Below are positions 40,446-52,700 of a DNA stretch of 64,000 nucleotides, piece by piece. Positions within the stretch are counted from its first letter, which is position 1. Each line of letters begins with the position of its first letter. Source of the DNA: Octopus bimaculoides (Eukaryota); the NCBI RefSeq assembly GCF_001194135.2, contig NC_068983.1, forward strand, positions 79,583,752 to 79,647,751, given 5' to 3'. Position numbers and translations under genes: made by a program. The notes under the pieces were generated by a model. That model saw nothing but the letters and a program-made list of their open reading frames with translations. It had not been told where the DNA came from and did not search any database.

Positions 40446-40466
40446 CCCAGAGAAGCATATCAATGA
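40446..40466 (+). CDS. Candidate 21-nt micro-exon (PEKHIN)
   Basis: Acceptor ttttttcctttatAG and donor ga|GTAATA; phase 2-2. Confidence 0.25.
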   Translation, partial: PREAYQ

Positions 40467-42010
40467 GTAATAGATTTATATCAGAAAATTAATGCACTAT
40501 AGGAGATATGCCCAGACAAAGAATATTTAAAATGAATTTAAACTAAATTATCAAAGAACTAATACCTAAAGGACTTTTTAATTAAATGCACAACTATTAT
40601 GAATGAAATCTGAGATAGCAATATTGAGAAATATCATTTAAAATTCACATACAAGATTTTGCTTATGCCAAAGAATGTATAAACTACATTGTTAAAAGCT
40701 TTCAGCCCATCAAACAAATCATATTTGTAACACACCCCTCATTAAATGACTGCTAAAATTTGTCATTACGGTAACAAAGTGAAAACTGCTTAATTTTCTC
40801 AATTCAAATTGTAATTGATAGCTTTTTGTAAAAATCTAAATTATATAAGCATACCTAAATTTCTATATATTTCCTTAATATTTAAAAGTAAAGAAATTGA
40901 TTTAATTTATCTAACTTCTTTGAAGAGAAAATGTTATTAAAGATTGCAATAACTTTTCTTACTTTTGTGCTTAAAGTGACCAGCAACTTTTATATTTTAG
41001 TTTTAGTTTTTGATTATATGAAGTAGATTAGTCTTATTTCATTGATATCATTTGAAATTGCTTTATGGTAAATGACTTAAAATTTATATTGATAATAAAG
41101 ATTTTTATGCATAAAATACAAAAGTGAATATGGACATACTATTTCAAAAAACATTTCTTTTAGAATATATACACTCCCCAAATGCTACGAATTAGCATTG
41201 TATGTAATTGTTAATGCGATCGTTTCTGTACAAGGTTTCCAAATTTATTCCAAGCACTAATTTTTGCTTGAGCCAATTGATCTGCTAGAAATGTCATCTA
41301 AATCTTGTTGCAACCATGCCCTACCATCTTAGATAAGGAATACACTGGATAATGTAGTACAGGTTACATTGTGATTTTTTTAAAAATCGAAGGAGTGTAA
41401 TTAGAATGCCTTTGGTCATTTGGTTTGTTATCTCAGGTCAAAATTAGAGCAAAATAATGATGGTTCTCTGTTAATTCACAACAATATGTCAGACTGATTA
41501 ATAACCTCAATAAGTCAACAAAGCTACCTTAATGTCCCTTCTATGACTATTAATTCTATCTTCAAATATTGTAATTTCTCATAGGTGCAAGTATGGCTGT
41601 GTTGTTAAAAAGCTTGTTTTTTCCACCATGTTGTCTTGCATTTAATCCCACTGAACAGCTCTATCGGCAAGTGTCTTCTACTTATAGCTCCAAGCTAATC
41701 AATATCTTGTGAGTGAAATTGATTGGAAACTGTGTAGAAGCCTGTTGTATGCATGTATATGTATGTTTTTCATTTATGTTGCCATAACTTAGCATTTCTT
41801 GTCTCAGACTGATAGAATAAGTACCAAACTTAATAAAAAATGAGTGTTGAGGTTGACTTGTTTGACTAAACCCTTTAAGGTGTTGCACCAGCATGGTTGC
41901 AACCCAATGAGCAAACAAAGTAAAAAGATAAAGGAAACTTTTATTTATGTAAATCAACTTCATATACTTTATATGTAAGCCAATGTGTGTGTGTAAGAGA
42001 GAGTAAGCTT

Positions 42011-42081
42011 CATTGGACATTATGATCCTAGACGTACTATCAGTACATCCCATTGGATATTATGATCCTAGATGTATTATC
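42011..42081. repeat. Tandem duplication with 40-bp period, about 1.8 copies
   Basis: cattggacattatgatcctagacgtactatc versus cattggatattatgatcctagatgtattatc. Confidence 0.9.
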
Positions 42082-42549
42082 TAAATGACAATGAATATCT
42101 CAGCTCTTGCAACGAGTATTCTTTTGACCATAGGTCTTCTTCATTAGAGTCAGCCTATGGCTAAATTGTTCCAACAATATGAAAATGTACAAATTTGCAG
42201 AAGTTACTGTTATTGCCATTCTACTTTTGGAAAATAGATATATGATATGAGAAATATAATTTGAACTAAGACCCTACAGCTGTATAAGGAATTAGAAAAT
42301 TCACAATATATTGAATAGTTTTGTACTCTTAATATTTGGTTTGTTATTTAACAGCTAATTCTTTTATGAATTTCTTTGAAATTTTGCTTTCAATAAAAAT
42401 ACTTCAATTTAATCTTATTCATCTTTTCTAATTAGTTGTTTGTGAATAGTAACTAAATTGTGTTGTTATTGTAGCAAACATTAAATTAAAAAGGTTATTG
42501 TTCTACTTTGTTTAACACAATTTTATTGCTATTGTTTACTATAATAATT

Positions 42550-42585
<36 letters not shown>

Positions 42586-42769
42586 ATAGTAGTGATAATG
42601 TTGACTGCAGTAATTGATGCCACGTTACAAGATGAATCAAAGAAAATATAATTTAAGAAGATTTATGTACAAAACATAAATTCAAGAGGTGCAAATATAT
42701 AAAGAGATGGTCCCCTGACACCAAGTATAGACTAGACTAAAACTTAAGGCAATATTATTCTGTCTGAGA

Positions 42770-42801
42770 AATAATAATAATAATAATAATAATAATGATA
42801 T

Positions 42802-42835
<34 letters not shown>

Positions 42836-42840
42836 GATAT

Positions 42841-42874
<34 letters not shown>

Positions 42875-42940
42875 CATCATCATAATAATAATAATAATAG
42901 ATATAAAAATAATAATAATAACAACAATAAAAATAATAGA
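42770..42940. repeat. (AAT)n microsatellite with an internal duplicated block gatattaatgatagt
   Basis: Directly visible. Confidence 0.95.
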
Positions 42941-43317
42941 AAACTGGAAGTTAAGTGAATTAAAAGCTTAGACGGAAAAAAAAATGAAACTACAAGGATG
43001 TGAAGCCATTGTTCTTAAGCTGATTCTCATAGAATGTACCTACTTCTGACACAAAGAGAGTAGTTGAATATAAATTTAATCTGTTGCAAAACAACAACTG
43101 TGTAACTATAAAAATACTTTGTAGTAAACAAAAAGAAACCAATTAACGTAATAAGGGACCATCAAAAAACAACTTTTCTCTCCATCAGAAAACATGCACA
43201 AACTGGGTGATTAACTACTACACTGAAGAAAAATATTTAGATAAGGACAAAACAAAAGAAAATGTAAAATGAAACAAAAAATAAGGAAAAACACAATGAA
43301 ATAGAATTCCCAAAATA

Positions 43318-44548
43318 TTGGGCCATCCCATAAATAATGCAGTTTTTTTTTCTTCCTTTATTTTTCAAAATTAAGATAAACAAAGTTCTTCTTTAATCTA
43401 AAATATACTCTCCTTCATTTTCTACAATACTCTTCCATCTATCTGGTAGACTTGCAAGGCCCCTCTTCCAAAATTCACTTGTCCGTAACAAAAAGTACTC
43501 CTTCAGTATTATTCTGACCACATCTACAGAATTCATATTTTTTCCATCCAAATGACTTTGAAGATGGTGGAACAAATGATAATCAAATGAGGCAATGTCC
43601 AGCAAAAACGGTGGATGGGGCATCATTTCCTATTGAAACTGCTGCAGCCTTTGGAATGTCATCCTCACTGTACGTGGCCGAGCATTATCCTGATGGAAGA
43701 GCATCTTTCGTTATAAGCCGCTCAAGCTGCTCACACTAGATCTCCTCTAGTATTGTTTGGTTTCAGTTTAAAAGTTCAAAGTGGACTAAACCTTTCATAT
43801 TCCACCAAACAGATAGCAACACCTTACATGGGTGAAGACCTTCTTTAGGGTGCCAGTGTTTCTCTTTTCCCTACCCATTGTCTTTGGTGCTTGATATTTT
43901 CATAGAGAACCCATTCACTATTCAGTCCAAAAAAGATTCATTCGAGAGATGTGACAGCAAAGAAGAGCATACATTCACTCTCTGCATGCAATTAGACTTG
44001 GAAAGTTTGTGAGGAACTCATTGATCCAATTTGCTGACTTTTTCAATGGCACACAGGTGTCGATGAATGGTTGGATGACCAAATCCAAACTTCTCTGCTA
44101 GTTTCTCAACAGTTATGATGGAATTCTGTTCCACTAGGGTGTGCAGGACGTCCTCGTTGAGCTCTACAGATCTTCCAGGACAAGGCTCATCTTCTAGACT
44201 GTAATTTCTGGCTTGGAACTTCTGGAACCACCATTGACATTGGTTTACACTTATTATCCGAGTCCCATATACAGCATTAATATTCCTCACACTTTCCATT
44301 GCGTTGTTTCCTTTATCGAACTCATAAAGCAAAATATGCCAAATATGCTCCTTTGTCACTTCCATTATAGCTTTCAAAAAATAACTGTTAAAATCGAACT
44401 GCACTCTTCAAAACTTGCACTAAGATTAAGGTAATATTACTACCTGCTTTTATAGCAAGTTGATGCAGGTAGTTTATCTTGTCCCCCCCCCCCTCCAACT
44501 TTTAGCTCATGCAATTGAAAAAACTGCTTTATTTATGGAATGACCCAA
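43318..44548 (-). mobile_element. Full-length, defective mariner (DD34D) DNA transposon
   Basis: 31-bp TIRs with 3 mismatches and TA at 43316-17 and 44549-50. Reads MEVTKEHIWHILLYEF...LEDEPCPGR (HTH) and HQDNARP-[34 aa]-DYHLF. The first catalytic GDEK segment is deleted near 43.91 kb, and there are stops. Confidence 0.95.
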
Positions 44549-45153
44549 TATATTAGAGAAAATCTACTCTGTAGCTATTACCCAGTGAAGCTTTACAAAG
44601 TAAGCCATAGCTGAAAGCAACAATAACTCAAAAGCTTTGGATTAAAAGCAGAAACAAATCTGATTTCACCTATTCAGGACCATTGTATAGCTATAAAAAT
44701 AGAACATCTAAGTAATGTAAACATCAAGTGCAGACTATGCAACCAGTAAAACAAGATGGTTGGCTTCAACATTTTCAGCTGTCCAGTACTTGCCTATTCC
44801 AAATATACTCACAAACAATATAAAATCATCAGTAATGTTCACTGGGTGATAACCAATACTTAAGAAAATGAATAAGAAGTAATATAAGCATGTATCAAAC
44901 ACAGAACATGATGACTTGGCCACAATTATTTAGGACATACTTATCCAGACTTTACAGAGATGAAGACAAACCATCCAGATATAATAATAAAGGACTGGAA
45001 TGAAAATTTCTGCACTCTGATTAGACATCTTGAAATTTTTTTTCTAACCAAAATACTGCATGAATGGAGGTGGAAAAACTGTCACAGTACAAGAATCTTG
45101 AAACTGAAACAGGCAGGTGGTTGAGTATGAAAATAAAAATATTACCAACAATA

Positions 45154-45394
45154 CCTGACCTGATCAACAAAAGTCAGGTCAGGTCAGGTATGGAGGCATT
45201 CACTGTTACAGCACATTCTGCATCCACCATTTGTCTGTATTTTCTAGGGTCACCCTGGGCAACCCTCTGAGCAGTGTCCAGTTAGTCTTCATATCTGTGG
45301 GATTCTTCCTCATCTGCTGTGTCCATATGACATGTGACCAATCAACACAAGTCATAACCCCAGCCAGATCCTCAAAGAGAACACAATATGCAGG
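45154..45394 (-). mobile_element. 5'-truncated RTE-like LINE 3' end with an (ACCTG)n tail, inserted in the R4-like element
   Basis: The minus frame reads QGDPRKYRQMVDAECAV and ends cctgacctgacctga. AATA lies on both sides (45150-53, 45395-98) and splits ILPTI from IIGALG. Confidence 0.6.
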
Positions 45395-46639
45395 AATAAT
45401 TGGTGCATTAGGTATAATAAAGAAATTATGAGCAAAAGCAAACTTAGCTCAAATAGTTCACACTCAGCATGCAGCACATAGCTATAAAATAACTACCCAA
45501 TTAAATAGTGCTAACTCTGGAATCTCCTCCAAACAATATAACACAGCTCATGAATTTTTTACATAATAAAGTACCACAACACATACCTTTACATAACTGA
45601 CACTTGACACTACTATGCCAACAGCTCGCATTTTGCACAGTTGCAACCCTATTAATATAACACAAGACATGTAGCACATGCTCTACACAATTGTCACTCA
45701 ACATTAAAACACATAACACCATATGCAACATGCTGAAATAACACCTGAAGCAACAAGAGAAAGCTTACAACAATGCATAACTTGTATTGTATACAATCCT
45801 CAATAAAAGATGCTGCATGTACACCAGGAACATGAACATGCATCTGGGGGTGCAACAAGACTTTATGTAAAATTATCGTAAACGGTGATGGTGATAATGA
45901 TAATAATCCTCTCTGCTATAGGCACAAGGCCTGAAATTTTGGAGGAGGGCCTAGTCAGTTACCTTGACCCCAGTGCTCAATTTGTACTTATTTAACCAAC
46001 CCCAAAAGGATGAAAGGCGAAGTTGAACTTGCAACGTAATGTCAGAAGAAATTCCACTAAACATTTTTGTCAGAAGCAGTAACAATTCTGCCACCTTAAT
46101 GATAATAGTTATGTAAGGTTGTTATTATCCCACTTTTAACAATCTTCATCACAAATATTACTTTCTGCTTTCTTGGTTGTCTATAGTAGTTTCATATAGT
46201 TACCAAAAACACTCTCTACGCCTTCAATAATGCATATTAAGATAGAGGAATTTTTCAGTTATTCATGCTATTGTCTACCTCTAATCGAAATCAACTATTT
46301 GATCTGCAGCTTCATGGAAAAAAAGAAAGGTAAAAAATGAAGTATCTCCCCATCAAAAGAAAAATATTTAACTTACAGAAAGCAGCAGTTTGTTCACTTA
46401 TGATTTTTTTCTTGTTTTGGCTTTGGTTATTTAAAGGTGATAAGGTATTCTCTTTTAACTGTTCTTCTTGTAAATATGATTTACTGTAATATAACATCAA
46501 TGTACTCATTATATTATGCTGTTTTAGAGTCTCTTTTGCCAAACTGGTGTCAGTTAATTTTCTATAAAGCAACATATCAACCATCATTATCCTTATGAGT
46601 AGAATATTTTTGTTTTTGATTTGTTTCCATATAGCCACA

Positions 46640-47470
46640 CTATAATGCAGTAATCATCCTAGTCTTTCATCAGCTTTTCTGTAAGGCCTAACATCATGAA
46701 ATCTGACCTCACTAACATCTTTCCTATATATTCTTCAGTTTTATATTTCTAAAAGCATCTTCCACTGATAGCATGCTGAACTTCTTCACCTGCCACTCAT
46801 CTATTCTCAGTCACATGTCCATTCCTGACCAGTTGCTGTTTTAGACATGGTTAATGCCTAACTCACTTGCTCTTTGTATATTATGAAGGTTACTATTACA
46901 TATCCAACAGATTATGTTCTCCATGTTCAATATTCATGATTTCACACTATCATGCAATGTCTCACTTGCTTCATAAAGTGTGCCTTTACTTTGAAGAATG
47001 ATATACTTTTGCTTGCTGTCAGCAGAGACAACAATTCCTTGTATTATTTCTACCATTTCTTTACTCTAACAACAACCAGACCCAGCACTAAGTGGATATA
47101 GTAAGAGAAACTATCAAATACATCTGCATTTCTCTTTTGTGGTTGATACTATTGTACATCTGTTGAATGTTGTCATAGTTTTCTATCAAATAATTAAGCA
47201 TCTAAATGTATTTTCGTACATTAGTTGCTTGTACTAAGGGAAAGCATTGAATTCTTACTCTCTTCCTAAATTTCAAGCTCTTCATTTCCCATGTGTCATA
47301 TGTATTTTCTGCTCTCTTTTAGTGAGTAGCATAGTGACTTTAATCACTATTGATTTTAGCACCTTTGAGTTCTTGATCATACTTTCAGGTTTGAGTCCAT
47401 TCCATAATTGTTCAGTATATCCAGATGACCATTACATGATTACATGATGCTTTGCAAAGATAACCAATCA
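46640..47470 (-). mobile_element. Degenerate RTE LINE 3' region
   Basis: Minus-strand motifs such as RSDFMMLGLTEKLMKD*DD and decayed ELGI...W.G....RIDE match RTE C-termini. Confidence 0.65.
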
Positions 47471-48299
47471 TGAACTCTTGTACATAACATACAGGAAAAA
47501 TTTTGATATGCTCATTCTCTTTATAAAGTACTCATTGGTAGAGCATTAAGAGTTTTGAAATCATCCTCATCATTATCATTATCATTTAATGTCCATTATC
47601 CATGCTGGCATAAGATGGACGTTTTGACCAGGGCTGGAAAGCTGGAAGGCTGCACCAGACTCCAGTCTGATTTGGCATGGTTTTCTACAGCTGGATGCCC
47701 TTCTTAACACCAACCACTCTGAGAGTGTAATGGGTGCTTTTATGTGCTACTGGCATGGGTGCTAGTTGTGTGACACCAGTATCTGCCATAACTACAATTT
47801 CACTCAGCTTGATGGATCTTCATTCTCAAGCACAGCATATTGTCACAGGTCTCTGTCAATTGTCATTGTCTCCATGAAGCTCAGCACTCGAAAGCTGCTT
47901 TTTACATGCCATTGGCATGGTTACTAGTCCGCAACACCAGCATCGACTACAGTGTCTCCATGAGGCCCAACACTTAAAAGGTACTTTTCATGTGCCACTA
48001 GCACAGGTACCTGTTATATTAGATATATTTGTAAAAAGTTGATTCCGTACATACTCAGATTTTCATGTTTGGTATAAATGATTAGACTTTATTGAAGGAA
48101 ATCAAGAAAAGTTGATGGAATCTATACTGGTTTTTGTATCTTGTTTGTAGAGTTCAAGTACTGAGCTTAGAACTTTCTTTCGAGATTTATGACAATCAAG
48201 ATGAGGGAGTAGATGTTTCTTGTATCTTGTATAATTTTCTGGTGGTCAGAAGCATTCATTCATTAGAGCCCAAAGTATTCTAACTATTTGTATTTGAAA

Positions 48300-48565
48300 T
48301 TTGCAGCTGTCCTTGTCCATATGCATCAAATGACCAAACGAGCACAGTCTTCTCTCTTGCACACTGCATCTGATGCCTGTTATACCTGATTTTTCCCTCA
48401 ATATCTTACACTTTGTTGTACACATACACTGATATTGCACGTCCAAAAGAGCATACTCCATACCTCTCTCTTGCTTGCACATATCTTTTGCATTCATGAC
48501 CCATATCTCACTACTATGTAGCATTGCTGTTTATACAAAAGCATCATATAATCTGCCTTTCACTC

Positions 48566-48600
<35 letters not shown>

Positions 48601-49330
48601 CTTTGTTATTGACAGAGATAATAACTCTCTGAATTTTCTCCATCCTATTCTTGTTCTAGCAACTATAATTTCAGAGTATCATGCTCCTCCACTGCTAATT
48701 TGGTTACCTATGTAACTGAAACTATCCACTTCTTCCAGAGAACTTCCAGGGCATTCAAGAAAATCTATTTTGTGTCCAAAGTGTCTATTGATCCAGCACA
48801 TCTTCCACATGCAAACACTGCTGTTTCTGTTTGGGTATATTGTATGGAAATTCTGTCTACAACCTTCCTATGTATCAAGCAGGATCATTTACCTGATAGG
48901 AGTGGAATCCTTTCTGTTTCTTGTTTACTAGAACTTTAGTTTTTGCCAGTTAACATTAAACCTTTATGATTACTTTTCTCATTCTACAACAGATTCCACA
49001 ATGGGAGCTGTCTCTCCTCCCTTGACCTACTTTTCATAACCTCTCATACTCACCTTCTTTTACCTTGAGAGTTTGCTCGTTACCTGCTTTTATCTCCTTC
49101 CCAATTATTCTCACCCACTCCTACATAATTAGAGTAGCCATGTTTCTCCTCTGTGGCAAAACACCTGTGATAATTCCTCTGTCATATTTTAGCCTTTCAA
49201 CATTTGGCATAAAACAACCTCCCATCTCATATACTTGTCCCTCCACTCAGTAGCAGAAGCTTTTTACTTTTTTTCCTGTTCTTTTTTCTGTCTTGCAAGT
49301 TACTCAGCAATCTCACTAGTGCTGGTTGCA
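48300..49330 (-). mobile_element. Degenerate RTE LINE (RT C-terminal half)
   Basis: YIGNQISSGGA*YSEIIVARTRIGWRKFRELL and MLHSSEIW...LREKSGITGIRCSVQERRLCSFGHLMHMDKDSC. Confidence 0.85.
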
Positions 49331-49499
49331 GGAAAAAGTACATAGAAACTATGCCATAGTTGATATTAGAATTCAGCACAGCCCTGCAGCTTGCTGGATC
49401 CTGTCAAACCATCCAGCTCACACCATGGAAAATGGACAGTAAATGGTGATGAGGATATGTGTGTATGTATGTATTTTTGTTTATAACATATATATAATA

Positions 49500-49746
49500 A
49501 AAAATAAATGCACCCTTTTAAAGCCTAGCCAGGCTCATGGGCCCGGTTTCAATGGTGTATGTGTTCCCTAGCTGGATGGGACACCAGTCCATCGCAGTGT
49601 TACTCATTTTTGCCAGCTGAGTGGACTGGAGCAATGTGAAATGAAGTGTTTTTCTCAAGAACACAACGCATCACCTGGTCCAGGAATCGAAACCACAATC
49701 TTACGATCATGGTGCTGACACCCTAACCACTAAGCCACGTGCCTCC
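49500..49746 (-). mobile_element. tRNA-derived SINE (family S4)
   Basis: The reverse-complement head ggaggcacgTGGCTTAGTGGttagggtg...GGTTTCGATTCC carries A and B boxes. Confidence 0.88.
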
Positions 49747-50511
49747 ATGTAACATATATATATATACTTATATATATATAGATATATGTACAATATGTGT
49801 ATATTATATATGCATAAATGAAGAACATATATGTCTGTGTATGTATACATAACAAGAATCGATAAAAAGTAACCTAATTTATCAAGATTTCTGTCAAACA
49901 ATATAATTGGGTACACAAAATTAGATCAAATTCCAGAATTCCAGAAACAATTTCCTGAAGAACTATTACTCTGAGAATAAAATGCAGAGTATGATATCAT
50001 CACACCCAAATAGATTTGTTTATCATTATTCTTAAGGCTGCTCTGTTATCTGTTATTAAAATCTTCTTGACCTACATTCTTTCTGAAACTGTTCTTATGT
50101 CAACTATCTGATAACCATTCTTCTCTTGATCTCTCTCAGCACAGTTCCATATCTTTACGGTCTACTGCTACAGTAGATATCATTTACCATCGTTTCATAG
50201 CATATTTTCACATGACTTTTATCATTTATTCTACTCATACTTGCATCATTTAAGGTGTCCTATTACTCTAGCTAACATCTGATATATCTTGAAGATATAT
50301 GTTAATGTATAATATTTTTACATTATCTCATAAGGAGTACCTTATATCATTAATTATACAATATTTGTATAGCTTCTAATAATTATGAACATTTTATTTA
50401 TTTACATTGGTACTTACAATTTTCATTTTGTCTTGTTGTATTTAGTAAATTATACATCTTATTCAAATATCCAATACGTCAAAAAACAACATGCAAAAAA
50501 GTTAATTACCA

Positions 50512-50900
50512 CAGGCGCTAGTGTGGCTCTGTGGTAAGAAGCTTGCTTTTTAACTTCCCAACCACATGGTTCTAGATTCAGTCCCACTGTGTGACACCTT
50601 GGGAAAGTATTTTCTACTATAGCTTCAAGCTGACCAAAGCCTTGTGAGTTGATTTAGTAGATGGAAACTGAAAGAAGTCTGTCATGTATGTGTGTGTCCA
50701 TGTTCATCTCCCATGAATGTTTGACAACTGGTGTTGATGTGTTTATGTCCCCACAACTTATCAGTTTGGCAAAAGTGACCAATAGAATAAGTACTAAGTT
50801 TAAAAAATTAAGTCCTGAGGTTGATTTGCTTGACTAAAACACTTCAAAGTGTTGCTCTAGCATGGCCACAATCAAATGACTGAAACAAGTAAAAGATAAA
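50512..50900 (+). mobile_element. tRNA-derived SINE (family S1)
   Basis: Head caggcgctagtgTGGCTCTGTGGtaagaagcttgc...gattcagtccc, with the standard S1 body and tail. Confidence 0.85.
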
Positions 50901-51049
50901 AGATTTCCTGTCTTCATATCTCAAATATTTAAGATAAAATTTCACATTTTATTATTATTTCATTAGCTTATTTTATTTTAAATTTTCTTTTTAATGATAT
51001 TTGCTTTTTACAAAAGGATATATAATAGTTAATAATGAACTTATTGTAT

Positions 51050-51121
51050 AAAGTGCTCAGGTGCACTACAAAGTGCTCAGGTGCGCTACATAGTGCTCAG
51101 GTGCACTACAAAGTGCTCAGG
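51050..51121. repeat. 20-bp minisatellite, 3.6 copies
   Basis: Unit a(a/t)agtgctcaggtgc(a/g)ctac. Confidence 0.96.
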
Positions 51122-51562
51122 GGCACACATGGCTGTGTAACATCATGGTTTGGGGCCTGATGCCCTGCATATCTCTATTACAGCTTCTAATTACTTTGTG
51201 TGTTGAATTTGATAGCTAGAAGCTGTGTAAAAGCTTGTTATATAAATATATGTGTATCTGTATTAGTGTCTATGTTTATACCAGTCTAAAAGCTGGTATT
51301 GTTTGTATCTCTCATATACTTTGAATTTAATAATTAAGTACAAGACTGAAATAAGCACTGGTTTCATATAATCAATTAATGTTCTTGAAGACAGTGCTCT
51401 AGCATGGCTGCACTCCAATGATTAAAACCATTAAAAGAATAAAAGAATAGAGAAGTTAGTATAACCATCAATTATAAACAATTTTAATTCTGCCTAATGT
51501 GTAGCATGTGATTCTAACCTATATAAAATTTCTCTGTTTGGTATCTCATGCCTACCTCTAAG

Positions 51563-51647
51563 CTGAACTCTGTATTTCCACCTGCTTGTGCATTTCATAA
51601 AATTTGGGATGATGCCAGAAACTTTAAATTCTGTCTAGATGATAATA
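51563..51647 (+). CDS. Candidate 85-nt exon (LNSVFPPACAFHKIWDDARNFKFCLDDN)
   Basis: Acceptor cctacctctaAG and donor ata|GTAAGT, with a single open frame. A decayed paralogous copy lies at 53894-53980. Confidence 0.42.
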
Positions 51648-52615
51648 GTAAGTAGCAACTATAAGGTATTCTCATCATTATACAAAATCAAAATTTTGAG
51701 TTAATATAAAAGAAAGCCAAGCAAACTACGATTGAAAATATATTTTCAGTTCCGTAATTGAATACGTTATAAATCAATTTGTCTACCTACTGTTGTAATT
51801 CTCTGTACTTTCTATGAAATTTGTGTATAATTCTGAAAGTTTGGTTGCTTTTTCATAGAATGACTTACTGTATATATTTTTATATTTTAGATTTTATATT
51901 CTAGGTAAAGAATACGAAGGGAAAAGAAAATTACATTAAAATATTTCTTTGTAAATTATAACTAGTAAATATCTTTAGAATAAACACTTAGAGAAATAAA
52001 TAAGTTACTGTTTCATATTGAGATTTAAAATTATCAAAACATACTATATAGATCAAACTTTGCTTGATAGCATGTTCAATCAAACTTTAGTATTGTTGGT
52101 TTTTCATTTTTAATCAGCATCACTATCATCATAACATTTCATGCAGACATGCTATCCTGTGTAATCTTGTAAGTGCATAGAGAGATGCATATTCTCTGCC
52201 TTCCCTCATTAATTGATAATAGAAGTGCTAAAAGGTTGTATTCTGAATCAACTACTGGCACAGAAATTTGTTTTTCAATCATGAAGTCCTGGCTTGATCC
52301 CACCATGTAACATCTTCAGAAAATATCTTTTACCTTTTGCCAACCTAAGCCTGGTGAGCTAAACTGGATAGACAGCAATTGATTGAAAGTCCATAACATG
52401 GATTGTAACTTTAATTAAAAGGTTACACTGTCACATTGATTCTCCTTGAGAATATATAGATTATGGTTCTTCTTAAGATTATGAAATTATGCTGAGTTTA
52501 TACATATATGTTAAATATTCAGTAAGTTATATATAAATTCAATGATAAAGCCATGCTGTTATTTGAATAAATTGGAACACTCATTGTCGAAACCAACTAA
52601 CATCTTTTTACTTAC

Positions 52616-52700
52616 AATTTCATGTATAAAAGCACTACTGTCTATGATTTTTCTATCACAATGAAATTTGCACAGAAAATACCATGTGTTGGTCTGATAG
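52616..52700 (-). CDS. Candidate 85-nt minus-strand exon (YQTNTWYFLCKFHCDRKIIDSSAFIHEI)
   Basis: Acceptor tatttacAG and donor GTAAGT. Phase-compatible with 53271-53306 and 50418-50457, but it competes with the plus-strand model. Confidence 0.22.

Larger units (their letters stand above)
42942..45530 (+). mobile_element. 5'-truncated R4/Dong-like non-LTR retrotransposon (restriction-like endonuclease), interrupted by a mariner and an RTE fragment
   Basis: Colinear motifs: NWKLSELKA and RMYL (42942-43060); QQ*LKSFGLKAET...QDHC; IKCRLCNQ...SCPVLAYSKYTHK...VHWVI (zinc knuckle); NHPDIIIKD...CTLI (PD..D); EVEKLSQYKNLE...ILPTI and IIGALGIIKK. Confidence 0.85.

Noticed and set aside
51050-51121. CRISPR-like array
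   Set aside because: The units are contiguous with no unique spacers, the context is eukaryotic, and there are no cas genes.
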